Virus record (IMG/VR): IMGVR_UViG_3300032516_000038 | Coordinates: 1 to 52,559 of that record | Source: a virus | Lineage: Duplodnaviria > Caudoviricetes | DNA: 52,559 nt | Strand: one strand, 5' to 3' | Part shown: positions 1 through 8,547 of the stretch, piece by piece | Layout of the letters: each line of letters opens with the position of its first letter | How positions within the stretch are numbered: position 1 is the stretch's first letter | Notes under the pieces: generated by a model | What the model was told of the DNA's origin: nothing | The model's input: the letters and a program-made list of their open reading frames with translations, nothing else | Databases searched by the model: none | Translations under genes and position numbers: made by a program

Positions 1-127
1 CCAGGTTTCTCGTTGGCCTTTACACCCTCATCCTGAAGTTGAGTGTCTAGGTTATGCCAGATCCGAAGTGCCTCTCCATGGCCCCAGAACCTAGACAGGG
101 CCTTTACAGCACACCCATGCATGAAGC
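1..127. repeat. 127-bp terminal overlap (circular assembly), copy 1
   Basis: Identical to 52433-52559. 127 is a common assembler k-mer size, and an ORF reads across the junction. Confidence 0.95.
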
Positions 128-323
128 CTGTGATACCTTCAGTATCTGCCTCATGAGAGGTACTATCAGCGCAATCTGCTATGGTCTTTCCGGCAGCAAG
201 TTGGGCTTCCATGAGCTCGGCCCATCTCTCTCCATAGGTTGCCACAGCCTTGCTATAGGCATCTTTGCTGTTGATCCTGACATACTTCTGATACTCTAAT
301 CTCATTCCTCGCTTGATCCTCAT
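1..323 (-). CDS. Hypothetical phage protein spanning the circular junction (122 aa; 3' end at 52387-52432)
   Basis: Manual translation MRIKRGMRLEYQKY...ADTEGITGFMHGCAV...GAVLNPAILVVETKN*. AGGAGG RBS upstream. Missed by the ORF track because it crosses the ends. Confidence 0.8.
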   Translation of the reverse strand, partial: MRIKRGMRLEYQKYVRINSKDAYSKAVATYGERWAELMEAQLAAGKTIADCADSTSHEADTEGITGFMHGCAVKALSRFWGHGEALRIWHNLDTQLQDEGVKANEKP

Positions 324-336
324 GTCATTGTTCCTC

Positions 337-513
337 CTAATCCGAGTCCTTGATCCTTTCGATAGCGCTCTCCAGTCTCAGATAAAGCGCAGTCCCTGCT
401 TTCTTTGCGCCGTCGCTTGTGACGTAGTTCATGGTATGCTTGTAGTCCTGGTTCACTCTTTCAGCAGCCTCTACCAGTTCGATTAGGTCTCCCGTCTTTA
501 CTGTTGTACTCAA
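337..513 (-). CDS. Small hypothetical protein (58 aa)
   Basis: TTG start overlapping the upstream stop. The open frame fills the gap in the operon. Confidence 0.55.
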   Translation of the reverse strand: MSTTVKTGDLIELVEAAERVNQDYKHTMNYVTSDGAKKAGTALYLRLESAIERIKDSD

Positions 514-806
514 TCCTCAACAGCTCCTTTGTAGAATCCTTGAACTAGGTAGTCTAGTCTGTCTATATCAGCCTTCGCGTTGCCTAGGTCCTGTAAGGCG
601 TTTTCTACGTCGCTCTCGCCGTAGGGACAAGGTCTACCAAGTTTCTCGATGAACCTGTGGAACTTACCCATGAAGAATAGAACTGATTGGTAGAACTCTT
701 CGGTTTTCTTCAGGTGCTCTCTTTCTCTTTCCGCGTCTGGCATCTCTTCCATCTCCCTGATCTCCTTGAGTATAGCCTTGAACCTTGTCCTCTGCGCTTT
801 ATTCAC
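510..806 (-). CDS. Hypothetical protein
   Basis: Tightly packed minus-strand operon with a purine-rich RBS. Confidence 0.7.
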   Translation of the reverse strand: MNKAQRTRFKAILKEIREMEEMPDAEREREHLKKTEEFYQSVLFFMGKFHRFIEKLGRPCPYGESDVENALQDLGNAKADIDRLDYLVQGFYKGAVED

Positions 807-1172
807 CTATATCCCTCTCCCTCCACGCCTCCTTGATTTGATCTCTTTCTCGATGGCGTTTGTCAGGTCAGCGGCTATCCCTTCCGACTCTTCTTGGTAC
901 TTCATCTCTTCCTCGGCGACTACTCGAGCTTCCTCCTTTGTTACGTATCTGTAGGAGAGGTAGACGACCAGAGCTGGCTTCCCCCCACTCTCTACCTCAT
1001 GGTAGGAGAGCCCATTCCAGCCCGTCTCTACAAGGAAGCTGCTGATGGTCTCGATGTCGTCAGTCATAAACCCGAGCTCTTTGTGTGGTTCATCCTCGTA
1101 TAGAGGGAGCCACACCATTACCTTAACCCCGTTGTCTAGGATCCAGTAAAGACCGTTCTCACTTCTCTTCAT
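807..1172 (-). CDS. Hypothetical protein
   Basis: Operon packing; GGGGG RBS. Confidence 0.7.
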   Translation of the reverse strand: MKRSENGLYWILDNGVKVMVWLPLYEDEPHKELGFMTDDIETISSFLVETGWNGLSYHEVESGGKPALVVYLSYRYVTKEEARVVAEEEMKYQEESEGIAADLTNAIEKEIKSRRRGGRGI

Positions 1173-1383
1173 GTGTAATCCCCCTTCCTACTGATACCCT
1201 GGACTGAAAGTCCCTCACAGCATCTTCGATATCACCGAAGTAATGCCCCAGATTGAACTCCCCCTCAAGATCTATTCTCCATGTTACGAAAGTCTGAGCT
1301 CGTCCCTCCCAAAGACAGATCACGACGTTATCAATCTGCTTTAGGACCTTGACTCCTCGCTCCTCACAGTCTCCTTTATTCAC
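1159..1383 (-). CDS. Hypothetical protein
   Basis: Operon packing, GAGGAGG RBS, FVTW...GHYF motif. Confidence 0.7.
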   Translation of the reverse strand: MNKGDCEERGVKVLKQIDNVVICLWEGRAQTFVTWRIDLEGEFNLGHYFGDIEDAVRDFQSRVSVGRGITHEEK

Positions 1384-1520
1384 CTGTGGCCCTCCTCTCG
1401 GTAGTAATGACTGAGGAACCTAGCGAACGGCCAGATGATGAACTTTATGACAGCTATGAACACTAGTATTGACAATCCTATTGTGATGTAGTAGAGTACT
1501 TGGCCTTGGGCTACCTCCAT
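1380..1520 (-). CDS. Small single-TM membrane protein (46 aa)
   Basis: Manual translation MEVAQGQVLYYITIGLSILVFIAVIKFIIWPF...; AGGGGTG RBS. Confidence 0.55.
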   Translation of the reverse strand: MEVAQGQVLYYITIGLSILVFIAVIKFIIWPFARFLSHYYREEGHR

Positions 1521-1552
1521 TGTATCACCCCTTCGCCCCCTAGCGGGCTTGA

Positions 1553-1831
1553 TTAATCCTCTTCTCCTGTATTTTTGGGGGCACCAGTTTCAAGCGCTTC
1601 TCTCCTCTGCTTGTCAGCCCGTGCTTTTCCTCCTTTCGAGGATGCTCCGGCTCTGTTCACCGTCAAGTATCTATCTATGAGCTGTTGTGTGTGATAGGGT
1701 TTCTTTGCATACTTGAGCCAGTAGAATACTGTACTCTTAGGTATATCTAGTTGTTTTGCTATCTCGCGGACAGACTTCCCCTTTGTCAGAAGGTGGGTCA
1801 ACGTCGCTAACTGTGGGCTCCAATGAGTCAT
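1553..1831 (-). CDS. Helix-turn-helix DNA-binding protein
   Basis: GKSVREIAKQLDIPKSTVFYWLK is a typical HTH; GGAGG RBS. Confidence 0.75.
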   Translation of the reverse strand: MTHWSPQLATLTHLLTKGKSVREIAKQLDIPKSTVFYWLKYAKKPYHTQQLIDRYLTVNRAGASSKGGKARADKQRREALETGAPKNTGEED

Positions 1832-1890
1832 CCTTTGTCCTCCTTCTTAGGGGTGGTAAGACATGTGCTAGCCCTACCACCCCTAGTGGG

Positions 1891-2184
1891 TTAGTTGAGT
1901 TGTGCGCCTCTGGCAAGTTCAGCCATCATTCTTTTTCTCCGGAACGCTTCTATGTGTTCCTCGACCGGTGTGAGGTTTAGTATCAGAGCTGCTGCGAGTA
2001 CTGGATCAAATTCTTCGAGTGATATAGCTAGTTTTTTCATCTCTATCTCGTCGGTCTCGAGCACTTTTCCTATCTCTTCCATGTCCTTCTTGTAGAATGG
2101 GTATACCGCTTCGATGAAAACTACGAGCTGACAACGCCCATTCACAACGTTCTCGCATGTCTCTTCGCACGGCAGGGGCATCAT
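1891..2184 (-). CDS. Hypothetical protein
   Basis: GAGGAGG RBS; N-terminal Cys cluster. Confidence 0.65.
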   Translation of the reverse strand: MMPLPCEETCENVVNGRCQLVVFIEAVYPFYKKDMEEIGKVLETDEIEMKKLAISLEEFDPVLAAALILNLTPVEEHIEAFRRKRMMAELARGAQLN

Positions 2185-2206
2185 GGTCCCTCCTCTTCTG
2201 TGGTCC

Positions 2207-2356
2207 TTACTTCTTGGTTACAGGGTTGTCTTTCCACCATTGGCTTAACTTCTTAACCCTCTTCTCTTTCCGTCTCCGGTCCTGCCAGAGCCCTATAAGG
2301 GTGCCACATATTGTTCCAGCGAAGACGCTTATTGCTATAGCGAGGACTTCCTTCAT
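2207..2356 (-). CDS. Small single-TM membrane protein (49 aa)
   Basis: Manual translation MKEVLAIAISVFAGTICGTLIGLWQDRRRKEK...; GAGGAG RBS. Confidence 0.5.
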   Translation of the reverse strand: MKEVLAIAISVFAGTICGTLIGLWQDRRRKEKRVKKLSQWWKDNPVTKK

Positions 2357-2374
2357 CAGGCTTCTCCTCTCTTT

Positions 2375-2818
2375 TTACCTGTTGAGCTTAACATCTTCGT
2401 TTTTGGGGCTGAAGAGCTCGTCTAGAGCATCCTCTATGCCCCTCCAGAGTTGTTCTCTGTCACAGCCGGGGACTCTTGAGACTGACCAGACTACAGACAG
2501 TTGCTGGACCAACCCTTCCCGGATACCTATATCTGTCTCACCTTCGCGCACCTGCATGGCCACCCTGGTGATGGCATCTATGATATAGACTCGGATCATT
2601 GAGTTGATGAAGTCTGTTGGAGGGCACTCCTCGATAATCTCTAGGTCTGAGCCACCCTCCATACCCAGATCCGTGTCTATCCTCTGGATGACATCCATTG
2701 CTTCTCTTTCCCTGTGGCAGTTTAGGACTTCCATCACATACTTGCGGAATTCAGTCCTGATAGCCCATCTTGCCTTTCTTCTTGCCTCCCAAGCTTTCTT
2801 TTCGTCTATGGTGTTCAC
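2375..2818 (-). CDS. Hypothetical protein
   Basis: AGGAGG RBS; lies downstream of the promoter at 2899-2927. Confidence 0.7.
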   Translation of the reverse strand: MNTIDEKKAWEARRKARWAIRTEFRKYVMEVLNCHREREAMDVIQRIDTDLGMEGGSDLEIIEECPPTDFINSMIRVYIIDAITRVAMQVREGETDIGIREGLVQQLSVVWSVSRVPGCDREQLWRGIEDALDELFSPKNEDVKLNR

Positions 2819-2898
2819 CCTCCTTCATGTTTTCAAGCCTCGCCTGCTCTCCATAACCTCCTTCCCCAATCCCTATATTGCCTTGCTTGTCCAATTAC

Positions 2899-2927
2899 AT
2901 TATATCATTCCCCGAACCTTACGTCAA
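2899..2927 (-). promoter_or_regulatory. sigmaA/sigma70-type promoter
   Basis: TTGACG-17 nt-TATAAT with TG extension, intergenic. Confidence 0.85.
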
Positions 2928-2940
2928 CGCCTGTCCAACG

Positions 2941-3156
2941 TCATTTAGGGCCCTCCATTCCGTCGTCGTTGTCAGTCTCCTCGAACCTTTCGAGTTTGTC
3001 ATTGTTACATTCGTAGCACAAGATCGAAACGACCCGTATTACCCTTTCGGTCTCGTCATCGTAAAGACCACCTTCATCGATCTTTTGGAGTGCGATACAC
3101 TCCACGGTTCTTCTATAGAGTATCGCTCCACATTCCATACATCTCAGTATCTTCAA
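2941..3156 (-). CDS. Small zinc-ribbon protein
   Basis: CMEC...CYEC; GGAGG RBS. Confidence 0.6.
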   Translation of the reverse strand: MKILRCMECGAILYRRTVECIALQKIDEGGLYDDETERVIRVVSILCYECNNDKLERFEETDNDDGMEGPK

Positions 3157-3295
3157 GCCTTCTCACCCCTCCATCCTACTCTCATGACCAGGGCTGCAGT
3201 ACCCTGAAGAACCTGCTTCTGTTGCAGGGCCCACAGCCTGAGGATCCTTGAACTTCTGGATAGCTTACGCCAGTACCCTACTTTGACCTTCATGT

Positions 3296-3529
3296 TTACT
3301 TTCCCCCCTTGGTCTGAGTCCTCAGTTCTATCTTCCCCACCTCTAGTGCCTTTATGAGCTCGATGACAGCTTCAGACCAGACGATGATTTTCTGGATCTG
3401 GGTGCGTATGTAGGGGTCTGACATAGCCATTGAGGTACCGACTGCGTAGCTCCCTATGCGCCATTCGGCATCGTGGATCGCCGCTTCTAGCATCCGGATC
3501 TTCTCTTCTGTGGTTGCTGGTCCTGGCAT
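3296..3529 (-). CDS. Hypothetical protein
   Basis: GGAGG RBS; operon packing. Confidence 0.65.
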   Translation of the reverse strand: MPGPATTEEKIRMLEAAIHDAEWRIGSYAVGTSMAMSDPYIRTQIQKIIVWSEAVIELIKALEVGKIELRTQTKGGK

Positions 3530-3540
3530 GTATGTTCCTC

Positions 3541-3834
3541 CTAGATAGATCCGATGACTTGCTCGCCGAGCCCTAGAGACGTGAGGATGTCTTCCGCGGT
3601 CTGTAGGTCTATGCTGACCCTTTCGACCACGTCGCCTTCTGGGTCCTGAACACGAACACCGAAGTGGTACGGGTCATCACGTGTGTAGATGAAGGCCCAG
3701 CCTTCTACGGTGATGAATGTAAACTCAATTAGCCGGGCGTATGTGCATGGATAACCTCTCCACTTCGGGCTCGTGCCTTCGGTGTTGGTGTGTGTGCGGC
3801 CCTCATCGTCTATAGCCTTGCGGTCGTCTACCAT
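3541..3834 (-). CDS. Hypothetical protein
   Basis: GGAGGTG RBS. Confidence 0.65.
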   Translation of the reverse strand: MVDDRKAIDDEGRTHTNTEGTSPKWRGYPCTYARLIEFTFITVEGWAFIYTRDDPYHFGVRVQDPEGDVVERVSIDLQTAEDILTSLGLGEQVIGSI

Positions 3835-3866
3835 GTATGTTCACCTCCCTTCTGTGGATTGATTCC

Positions 3867-4271
3867 CTATGACATCTGACGATGGTAGTAGAGTTCCTTG
3901 AGCTCATTAATCACTGTTTCTTCTGCCAGGCTCCTGCCTGTCCAGTCCTTGAAGAGCCATTCGGTTAAGGTGTTCAGTTGGATGACGAGAGTGCGATGTG
4001 ATTGTGGGTTAGGTTGGCCAGGGAATGAATGGCCAGGATCTATGACCAGACATGCTGGGATGTTGAGGGGACTTGGCGCATCCTGCATCACGACAGCCTG
4101 GATGAGCCTCCCAGTTACCGCGAACTCACAGACCTGATAGTGACTGTCGCCCTTATCTCCATTACCCTCGCGGATGAGGAGATCTATCAGGACATAGAAG
4201 CAGCCCGGTGAGTAGTCGGGTATTATCAACTGCTGGGTGATAACATCCTCATGAGCTTGCATTGTGTTCAC
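3867..4271 (-). CDS. Hypothetical protein
   Basis: GGAGGTG RBS; true start probably the ATG at 4262. Confidence 0.65.
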   Translation of the reverse strand: MNTMQAHEDVITQQLIIPDYSPGCFYVLIDLLIREGNGDKGDSHYQVCEFAVTGRLIQAVVMQDAPSPLNIPACLVIDPGHSFPGQPNPQSHRTLVIQLNTLTEWLFKDWTGRSLAEETVINELKELYYHRQMS

Positions 4272-4296
4272 CTCCCTTCGTGGATTTCTAGGTTTC

Positions 4297-4461
4297 CTAG
4301 CTAGCGATCTCTGTCTTCTTCAGCTCCCTCATCTTCTGCTCGAAGGCTTCGTGTGTCTTCTGACACCTCCGGCATACGCCAACCTTCTTGCCATTGACCT
4401 CGATGATCTCAGCCGGAACCTTCTCCTTACCACAGTCAATACAACGACAGGTCTTTGCCAT
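4297..4461 (-). CDS. Small zinc-finger protein (54 aa)
   Basis: Manual translation MAKTCRCIDCGKEK...GVCRRCQK...; GAGG RBS. Confidence 0.6.
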   Translation of the reverse strand: MAKTCRCIDCGKEKVPAEIIEVNGKKVGVCRRCQKTHEAFEQKMRELKKTEIAS

Positions 4462-4555
4462 TCTCCGCATCCTCCTCTGTCTTGGTTCGACGGCTCTCCA
4501 GTCGTCCTAGAAGTCAGGGCTGTGAAGAACCCTTGAATCCTTAGAGCCTAGATGC

Positions 4556-5008
4556 TTAGTCTTCTACCGGGTATGAATACTTGCGATCCCGGATCCGTAG
4601 GTAGATTGCTTTTGCCATGGGTTCCAGGTTCAGTAGAGCCTCTACGATGATTGAAGGATATGCGATAGCATAATCCCCACTATCATCTTGGAGCCCGTAA
4701 TACTTGGCGTATTTCTGGAGTGATGTGGGACCGATGTAATCTCTGTCCTCGCCTACGTTGTAGATCTGATTTTCATCAAGTTCCTGTAAGTCAAACATCA
4801 GATCCAGGAACCTCATGGACGTAGGCAGTTCATCGGGGTTGTATGAGACACACCCGTGCTCCATATCAACCACGATAGAGAATTCATTCACCAGGGCCAG
4901 GAGTGTCTTGGGTTCCGAGTATGAATTGATAGTATATCCTCCGTCCCCCGTGCCCGGGATCTTTTCGAGCCCGGCCTGGAATTCCTTGAAGCTGATGGTC
5001 TTTCGCAT
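4556..5008 (-). CDS. Hypothetical protein
   Basis: AGGAGGT RBS. Confidence 0.7.
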   Translation of the reverse strand: MRKTISFKEFQAGLEKIPGTGDGGYTINSYSEPKTLLALVNEFSIVVDMEHGCVSYNPDELPTSMRFLDLMFDLQELDENQIYNVGEDRDYIGPTSLQKYAKYYGLQDDSGDYAIAYPSIIVEALLNLEPMAKAIYLRIRDRKYSYPVED

Positions 5009-5027
5009 CTTCTGTACCTCCTGTTTC

Positions 5028-5576
5028 TTAGTTCTTGGGCTCTACGAGTTCATTGATGGCTTCGAGTATCGAGCTGACGAAGCCGCTGGAGTAATCAATG
5101 TCATCATCACTCTGGATCAGGGCCAAGATGTATACTTGGGCATCGAATCCCTCAGCTGAGTCGAGTTCATCGAAGTCCCACGTTCCCACACGGCTCAGCA
5201 GGTCGAGGTAGTAGGGAAGCAAACGCATGTCAACCCAGAGGGCATCAACAAGTTCATGTGTAGCTTCCCTCGGGGTTTCGTCTTTCATGTCTATCCAGTG
5301 ATGTGTGATTGTCTTCCCACTGTGCTCCCGGAAGATACCTAGCCAGTCGAGAGCCCTAGAGGCTTCACCGATTATGCCTGTGATTTCGTCAACAGGGTTG
5401 GGGAGCTCACCTCGCCTATCGCCTTCTTTGTCAAACTCCCATCCTGTTGCCTTCTCCCAGACCCCGACGAGTTCCTGGATGTCGAAGCGTTTCCACTTCC
5501 CTCCATCCATGAAGTTCTTGGGGTCGTTGAACCTGGTTTCCATGTATTCCCTCGTGACCTTGCGGTATTCGTGCAT
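5028..5576 (-). CDS. Hypothetical acidic protein
   Basis: AGGAGG RBS; D/E-rich. Confidence 0.7.
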   Translation of the reverse strand: MHEYRKVTREYMETRFNDPKNFMDGGKWKRFDIQELVGVWEKATGWEFDKEGDRRGELPNPVDEITGIIGEASRALDWLGIFREHSGKTITHHWIDMKDETPREATHELVDALWVDMRLLPYYLDLLSRVGTWDFDELDSAEGFDAQVYILALIQSDDDIDYSSGFVSSILEAINELVEPKN

Positions 5577-5602
5577 CCTCTATTCCTCCTTGTGTTCTAG
5601 TC

Positions 5603-5812
5603 TTACTTGAGCCATCCGAGCTCGTAAGCCGCGTTATCAGCTTCCCTAAGAAGTTTCATTATCCGGGTAGCCTTTGACTCTCCGAGCTTGCAACTGTCGG
5701 CGAGGTATTCCCAGAGTTCATCGCCGCTTCCGTGCCCCCATTCTAGCAGGTCCCGGATGATCCCCGGGAAGTCTAGGTTCCTTTCCCAGAGTGGCTTCTT
5801 CTTCCTTGGCAT
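5603..5812 (-). CDS. Hypothetical protein
   Basis: AGGAGG RBS. Confidence 0.65.
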   Translation of the reverse strand: MPRKKKPLWERNLDFPGIIRDLLEWGHGSGDELWEYLADSCKLGESKATRIMKLLREADNAAYELGWLK

Positions 5813-5839
5813 CCTCGTAACCCTCCTTGTATTCGTCGT

Positions 5840-6121
5840 TCAAAGGCTCTTATCCTTGAGTATCTGAGGTAGCAGGTCCACGCGGAATGCAGCTTCGTTA
5901 GAGAATGTGGGCTCATCAGCCCCGTGTTCTATTTCATTGTAGAACACAGAGTCCCCTACTACCTCGTAGGTTTCCGGGTCCAGGGTTACGTCGAGTATCA
6001 TGGTGTTCTTCCTTCTGAGCACTAGCAACGTAGCCACCAGCTTACCATCCTCTGGGTTGATGGACATTGAGAGCTCCACCTTACTGACGTTCGGGTGTTT
6101 CACTAGGTCTGTGAGCTTCAT
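5840..6121 (-). CDS. Hypothetical protein
   Basis: GGGGG RBS; operon packing. Confidence 0.65.
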   Translation of the reverse strand: MKLTDLVKHPNVSKVELSMSINPEDGKLVATLLVLRRKNTMILDVTLDPETYEVVGDSVFYNEIEHGADEPTFSNEAAFRVDLLPQILKDKSL

Positions 6122-6157
6122 TCTTCTAACCCCCCTAGTTCTGGTGTTTCTTTGAAC

Positions 6158-6499
6158 CTAGGAAGCGTAGTCTATCACACCCGCAGAAGCCCAGGCATCA
6201 AGAGCCTCATCGTTGTAGTGAAGCTCTATGAGCCACTCGCAGATGTCGAGGTCCTGCCATGCATAGAGCTCGGGGTTGTTGACTACCTCGGTTATCAGTT
6301 GCATGAGGTTCTTGAACGTCTGGTGCTTGAGGGTTCTGATGTGAATTTTGACCTGAGCTTCAAGGGGTTTGTCATATTCAACCGTGAGTGTCAGGTGTTC
6401 CCCTTTGACTTCCACTACCATCCGCTGGTTCGGATCCCGAGTAGATTGTTTCTCGTTAGCCCGTTGGATTAGCAGCTCTAGATCCTCTTTGAGCTCCAT
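6158..6499 (-). CDS. Hypothetical protein
   Basis: AGGAGGT RBS. Confidence 0.7.
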   Translation of the reverse strand: MELKEDLELLIQRANEKQSTRDPNQRMVVEVKGEHLTLTVEYDKPLEAQVKIHIRTLKHQTFKNLMQLITEVVNNPELYAWQDLDICEWLIELHYNDEALDAWASAGVIDYAS

Positions 6500-6522
6500 T
6501 CTTCACAACCTCCTTAGATATG

Positions 6523-6990
6523 TCATTCTGGGAGCCTGTCTGTCACAACACAGGAGCCGACTGACCATCTTGTCCGTGGGCCTACAAGTTTCACCAGTCT
6601 TTGAGCCGCAGGCATTTCGAGTTGCATGACTGGTATATCCCTGTGGGCCTTGTCGAACCCTGTGATTGTCACAGTCTTAGGGATAAGACGACTCGGCCTT
6701 TCGGGCTTCCGCATACAGTCTTCACACGGAACCCTTGTGCTTCGATAGAACTCTAGCTGACCAAGGTTCAACAGACCCTTGATCCTCCGGTGTTCTTTGT
6801 CATGGAAGGCGTTTAGGAGCTCACCTTTTGACACATGCCTGCGTGTTTTGGCGCCGCAGTGTTTGCAGTGTTCTATAACCCAGAACTCTTTCTCTTCCGG
6901 GCCCTTGATAATCGTGGTTACTAGATCCTCGAGCTCTTCAAGCTCGGCCATCCATTCTGGGGTTGCCGGCTCTTTCTTCCTCGAACCCAT
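6523..6990 (-). CDS. Hypothetical protein with CxxC pairs (first gene of the early operon)
   Basis: CKHC...CEDC. Start revised to the ATG at 6990 behind a GGGGGTG RBS. Confidence 0.65.
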   Translation of the reverse strand: MGSRKKEPATPEWMAELEELEDLVTTIIKGPEEKEFWVIEHCKHCGAKTRRHVSKGELLNAFHDKEHRRIKGLLNLGQLEFYRSTRVPCEDCMRKPERPSRLIPKTVTITGFDKAHRDIPVMQLEMPAAQRLVKLVGPRTRWSVGSCVVTDRLPE

Positions 6991-7055
6991 TGTTTTCTCA
7001 CCCCCCTTCGTCGAAGCTCCAGAGCTCTTGTCCTTGCCATGCAATTGCTACTATC

Positions 7056-7064
7056 AGCATATCA
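7056..7064 (-). promoter_or_regulatory. Possible extended -10 promoter without a good -35
   Basis: TGaTATGCT about 65 nt upstream of the 6990 start; the -35 position reads TAGTAA. Confidence 0.4.
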
Positions 7065-7240
7065 AAACCCAATCACCTTTACTACTCCTTTAGAAACCCT
7101 ATTCTCCTTCCCTTTGGGTTCCCGATGATGAGAAACTCACGGATTCGTTCGGATTGTATGCCCTTACAGTTGGGCGGTTCACGGCTCACATCCTCGCGGC
7201 CCATTACAGCTGCCAGCCCATCATCCCTAGCAGGCGCTAG

Positions 7241-7614
7241 GATCTCAATCTCCAGAGAAGTTGGATCGGATCGGTGCTATGATCCACCATCCCAGGGATG
7301 GCTTTGACATATCGGATGAGATCCCGAAGATGCTCCAGTGGATCCTAGGTTCTGAGCTCAAAACTACCTATCCCCAGACTCAAGAACCCACATCCTCAAT
7401 CCACGGGGATGGGTTGAGGGCCCACATCCTCCATCTCCAGATGGGTTGGCTCGGATCGGAGCTCCAATCCTCCATCTCGAGAAGAGTTGGCTCGGATTAG
7501 AACCCTCGAGCTGAGATCCACAGGCTCTGGAAGAAGCTCCAGAGGATCATGGGCCCGGAGCTGAGATCCTCGAGGATCAGGGGAGCGCCGAGCTCAGATC
7601 CGCAGGACTCTAGA
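7241..7614. repeat. Non-coding GATC/palindrome-dense degenerate repeat array
   Basis: 12 GATC in 7241-7600. Units resembling ATCCTCCATCTCnAGAnGnGTTGGCTCGGAT at ~7241, 7392, 7426 and 7467; GAGCTSAGATCC at 7508, 7558 and 7590. Confidence 0.75.
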
Positions 7615-7716
7615 GGAAAAGACGAAGACTAGCATGGCGGGGTTGGTCAGGGATGACGGGGGATGGCATGGCGAGGCAGGGTTCGATGTCACGGCAGGCG
7701 GTTCTGGCCATGTGAC

Positions 7717-7758
7717 AAAAAAAAAGGCAAGGCTAGTCGTAAAGACCTAGCCTTGCCT
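7717..7758 (-). terminator. Rho-independent terminator after the two leader genes
   Basis: 12-bp stem AGGCAAGGCTAG/CTAGCCTTGCCT followed by a U-run on the minus strand. Confidence 0.9.
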
Positions 7759-7767
7759 GTGGACGGT

Positions 7768-8136
7768 CTACAGAAGACCGTCTTGACGTAGCCACGCGAC
7801 AAGCAGGAGCAGGTCGGAGTATATCTTCACAACAGACACTTGACCGTCTAGGACGGCGTTAGACGTTTCTGCTAGAATGACTGCTAGGTCAGTCTCGGTG
7901 TCGTCCAGGTCTTGAAGACGAATTCCGGTAGTCGGCCAATACATGGGTAGGCCGTCCGGCGGCCAGGTCTTTCCTTCGGCCAATTCCAGGTAGGAAGGAT
8001 GACCGTCCTTCCTAGTCTGGATAACCTGCGCCTGCGGGTAGTATCCTCGCCTTACGTCCTCCTCTGCGGCCATAGTCTCGGCCAGTCTGTTCCTCTCCGC
8101 TAAGACCATTTCATAAAACTTGTCCTTGACTGGCAT
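7768..8136 (-). CDS. Hypothetical protein (leader gene 2)
   Basis: AGAGGAGGT RBS; followed by a terminator. Confidence 0.75.
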   Translation of the reverse strand: MPVKDKFYEMVLAERNRLAETMAAEEDVRRGYYPQAQVIQTRKDGHPSYLELAEGKTWPPDGLPMYWPTTGIRLQDLDDTETDLAVILAETSNAVLDGQVSVVKIYSDLLLLVAWLRQDGLL

Positions 8137-8202
8137 TTCGTCTTACCTCCTCTTTGGTGGAGAGGAGGATGCCAGGGCATCCTCCCCTCCTCTAGCTAGT
8201 CC

Positions 8203-8547
8203 TTACGTGGGCAACCTATCAACGATTGCCCGACCGGAGGACATGCTGGCAACCTGCCTGAGAAGCCAGACCAGCATAGCCTTCGCTTCCTTCTCGTGCC
8301 AGTAATACTTGGTGTAGGTGCCGTCATTGTAGGCGGCATTCTTCCTCAACCTGGCACGTATCTGCTTGCCCGAGCAGCCAATAGCTGGCTCGTAACTCTT
8401 GACGGTGTAGACCTTCTGGCCTGCATCGTCTATGCCCGTGGCCTTGACCTTCGCCCAAATAGCAGCGAAGACCTTCTGCTCTTCAGTCTGTGGAACAGGC
8501 ATAGCCTGCGCTTGCGGTGTCTTCGGTGTCTTGTCCTCCTGTGCCAT
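8203..8547 (-). CDS. Putative small HTH-like DNA-binding protein (leader gene 1)
   Basis: AGAGGAGGT RBS. YTVKSYEPAIGCSGKQIRARLRK...DGTYTKYYW resembles the core of 29360-29962. Confidence 0.7.
   Translation of the reverse strand: MAQEDKTPKTPQAQAMPVPQTEEQKVFAAIWAKVKATGIDDAGQKVYTVKSYEPAIGCSGKQIRARLRKNAAYNDGTYTKYYWHEKEAKAMLVWLLRQVASMSSGRAIVDRLPT

Noticed and set aside
7261-7500. Plus-strand ORFs over the array (also 6963-7307)
   Set aside because: No RBS, opposite to the local gene direction, and explained by the DNA repeats.
7241-7614. CRISPR array or mini-array
   Set aside because: The repeats are degenerate and irregularly spaced, with no unique spacers of constant length.
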